Below, piece after piece: positions 54,190 through 56,212 of a DNA stretch of 56,212 nt. This stretch comes from a virus (lineage: Duplodnaviria > Caudoviricetes). Positions within the stretch are counted from its first letter, which is position 1, and the number at the start of each line of letters is the position of its first letter. The translations under genes were made by a program, and so were the position numbers. The notes under the pieces are model-generated. The model made no database searches. It was not told the DNA's origin and was given only the letters and a program-made list of their open reading frames with translations. The stretch lies in the IMG/VR virus record IMGVR_UViG_3300050343_000186, positions 1 through 56,212 of that record; one strand, written 5' to 3'.

Positions 54190-54205
54190 GTGTACTATAG
54201 TACAC
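54190..54205. promoter_or_regulatory. Palindrome copy 3 (GTGTACTATAGTACAC)
   Basis: Between the stop at 54207 and the ATG at 54180. Confidence 0.75.
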
Positions 54206-54206
54206 T

Positions 54207-54482
54207 TTAATCGTGAACATACTTCACTACTAGTGTGTATATTGGTTTTCTCGTAAATGTCAGTCTTATATCTGAATCAATTTCTACAATAAATTGTTCG
54301 TCATCTGTTGTGCCTCTGTTTAAGATATTAGATGTATCCAAGTCTAGTTTTTCAATCCAATGTTCTCTGATGTAAGCTAATGAGTTTAAAGCAATCTTCT
54401 TGTTTGTGAAGTTTATATCTTCAAAGCAATATCCTTTCCTTAAGTTGAATCCTTGTATGTTATAAATGTATCTCATATCCAT
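54207..54482 (-). CDS. Hypothetical early protein
   Basis: Likely start MDMRYIY; flanked by palindromes on both sides. Confidence 0.5.
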   Translation of the reverse strand: MDMRYIYNIQGFNLRKGYCFEDINFTNKKIALNSLAYIREHWIEKLDLDTSNILNRGTTDDEQFIVEIDSDIRLTFTRKPIYTLVVKYVHD

Positions 54483-54514
54483 TTTAGTTCTTCGTTGTTC
54501 ATATTGTTTTTTTT

Positions 54515-54530
54515 GTGTACTATAGTACAT
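54515..54530. promoter_or_regulatory. Palindrome copy 4 (GTGTACTATAGTACAT)
   Basis: One mismatch; 4 nt downstream of the stop at 54535. Confidence 0.7.
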
Positions 54531-54534
54531 TATT

Positions 54535-55179
54535 TTACTTCATTAAGTCCTTAGCTATATCCATAAGTTTCTTCGCTAATTCCTTAGCATCTACCCCGCT
54601 TATGTTATACTCACCGCTAGATTTTAGGCTGAAGATAGTACCTTCACCTTCGCTCTCACCTTCGCTCTCACCTTCGCTCTCACCTTCGCCCTCTTCGCTT
54701 TGCTCTTTGTCATCTTTAGCTTCCCACGCTTTGAACACGTCACATATCAACTCAGCACTATAGTTGTCACCATCGTTTTCAAGGACCGCATAGACCTTCA
54801 AAACCTGCTTGATGTCAAGCGTGAATCTTCGTGGACATAGGTCACCAAACTCAAGGTATGCGTCAAAAAACGAGTCTTCGATGTTGCCAAACTTGTGTAC
54901 TCGGCTAATCATTGACTGACCGATGTTGTATATCTTTTGCCCGTACTCAACCTTAGTCTCGAATACCCCGTACTCTTTTCGCAACTCCTTACCTTCCTTT
55001 GACTGCAACCAATCGCAGCCTTGTGCTACCAACTTGTACTCCGCGATAGTGCGTTTCATTGCCTCCACTTTGTACTTCTGTGCCGATAGCGACTTGCGTC
55101 CGAAATCTGCCAATTTTAGGTTAGACTTTACTACTTTCTTGTTTAAAAAACTTACTTCTTGTTGTGTTAAATTTGTCAT
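54535..55179 (-). CDS. First early protein with (EGES)n acidic linker
   Basis: 214-aa ORF; 12-bp tandem repeat in the linker. Confidence 0.7.
   Translation of the reverse strand: MTNLTQQEVSFLNKKVVKSNLKLADFGRKSLSAQKYKVEAMKRTIAEYKLVAQGCDWLQSKEGKELRKEYGVFETKVEYGQKIYNIGQSMISRVHKFGNIEDSFFDAYLEFGDLCPRRFTLDIKQVLKVYAVLENDGDNYSAELICDVFKAWEAKDDKEQSEEGEGESEGESEGESEGEGTIFSLKSSGEYNISGVDAKELAKKLMDIAKDLMK
54641..54698. repeat. 12-bp tandem repeat (CCTTCGCTCTCA)n
   Basis: Three exact copies plus degenerate flanks; encodes EGES. Confidence 0.85.
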
Positions 55180-55950
55180 TTTGTTATTGTTTTATACCAC
55201 CAAAAGCCCACACCGTCTAGCAGTGTGAGCTGTATGTTACACCTTCTTTGGTTAAGTTGGTGTACCTTGATGTTATAGTCTTCTTGGATGGCTACCTAGC
55301 CTCATATAAGCTATTGTCACTTATATGTCTCATCACTGCTGTTAATAACGTCATACGTTCGTGTTCGTATATCCGCCCAAGCTACACCGCCATTGGTAGG
55401 TGTATCACTCGTGATGTGTCAAGATGTCAAAGAACTGTCCTTCACACGTTACTACTCCTTGGTAGGGAGTCTCGAAGCATTTCAACTTCATACCGTGCAA
55501 TTGGCTGAATCTGTCATTTTTGGGACATACCCCGTTTCGTTCAACACTGCAAAGTACATTTCAATATTTTTAATAAACAAGCATTGAACGAAAATAAAAC
55601 GAAAATAATTTGTAACTTACTGACAATCAGCGAGAGAAATTTTATTTTAGCATTTAGTATCAGTCTAATTCTAGTCCAATATCACCTCATCCCTTAATTT
55701 CATTGGGGTTGAACGAGTAATGAACAGAATCACCTCTGTAACTTACTGATTCTCAGTCGATTAGATTATCTTTTCTTTTAGGTACTTTGGGTCCACTTTG
55801 GTACTAAAGTCGCTTAAAATGGCTAAAAATGCCCTTAAAACGAATTGACAAGAATATTATCTTTTCTTGATAATAACTTTATCTTAAGATTTTATGTCAA
55901 AGTTCCCCGCTATTTGTTTAGTCCGCTGAAAATGCGTGCAGGGGTTATGC

Positions 55951-56212
55951 TCTGTCTCTTATCGTCTGTTTTACTTTTCAGATAATGGAGCGAGCCGCCA
56001 AGAGTTCGCCGAAGGATGGTGAGGGTGCTATATACGTCAAACGTGGACAGCCACCACAGCTACCACCACCGCTGTGACCACAGCCACCACAACAGCCACC
56101 ACCGCTAGGCAAAAAGGCTAAAAAAACGGACTGCAACGATTGAAACGACCACCCCACCCCCCAAAAAAAAAATTCGTTTTCCTTTTCCATAGTGTTGCGT
56201 CATACATACATA
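55951..56212 (+). repeat. Right direct terminal repeat
   Basis: Near-identical to 1-261. Confidence 0.95.

Noticed and set aside
55248-55587. Plus-strand ORFs in the right non-coding end
   Set aside because: Non-ATG starts, opposite to local transcription, no recognisable motifs
1-56212. tRNA genes, integrase or prophage att sites
   Set aside because: No cloverleaf with a T-loop GTTCRA context and no tyrosine/serine recombinase motifs noticed; a tRNAscan-SE run would be needed to exclude tRNAs fully

Overview
The window looks like a complete ~56 kb linear genome of a tailed dsDNA phage, bounded by an imperfect ~261-bp direct terminal repeat (1-261 / 55951-56212). A Bacteroidota (probably Flavobacteriia) host is inferred from TAnnTTTG promoter boxes just upstream of many starts, A-rich leaders without Shine-Dalgarno motifs, and a BT4734/VirE-N-type primase. 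The + strand arm (0.3-40.4 kb) carries GroEL/GroES, small basic proteins, a spike base and fibre, lysis genes, a tandem-GroES protein, terminase, portal, scaffold, capsid, podovirus-type tail genes and three putative ejection proteins. The last of these is a ~3000-aa multi-domain (polyvalent) protein. The - strand arm (55.2-40.5 kb) carries early and replication genes: ArdC, a Cys-rich Fe-S-like protein, a lysozyme-like protein, two DnaA-domain-IV proteins, Sak, an exonuclease, an SSB-like protein, a primase-helicase, an SF2 helicase, VRR-NUC and a phosphoesterase. I recognised no DNA or RNA polymerase, integrase, tRNA or CRISPR array. Many core genes are broken by small indels that look like long-read errors, so their coordinates are reconstructed by eye. 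The most interesting signals are: two origin-like elements with identical iteron spacing but different iteron sequence; a giant injected protein whose modules are separated by an R-x-Q-[KR] motif; a 16-bp palindrome at early-gene junctions; a T4 gene-32-like pseudoknot before the SSB-like gene; and a three-part chaperonin system. All family assignments come from motif recognition, not database searches.
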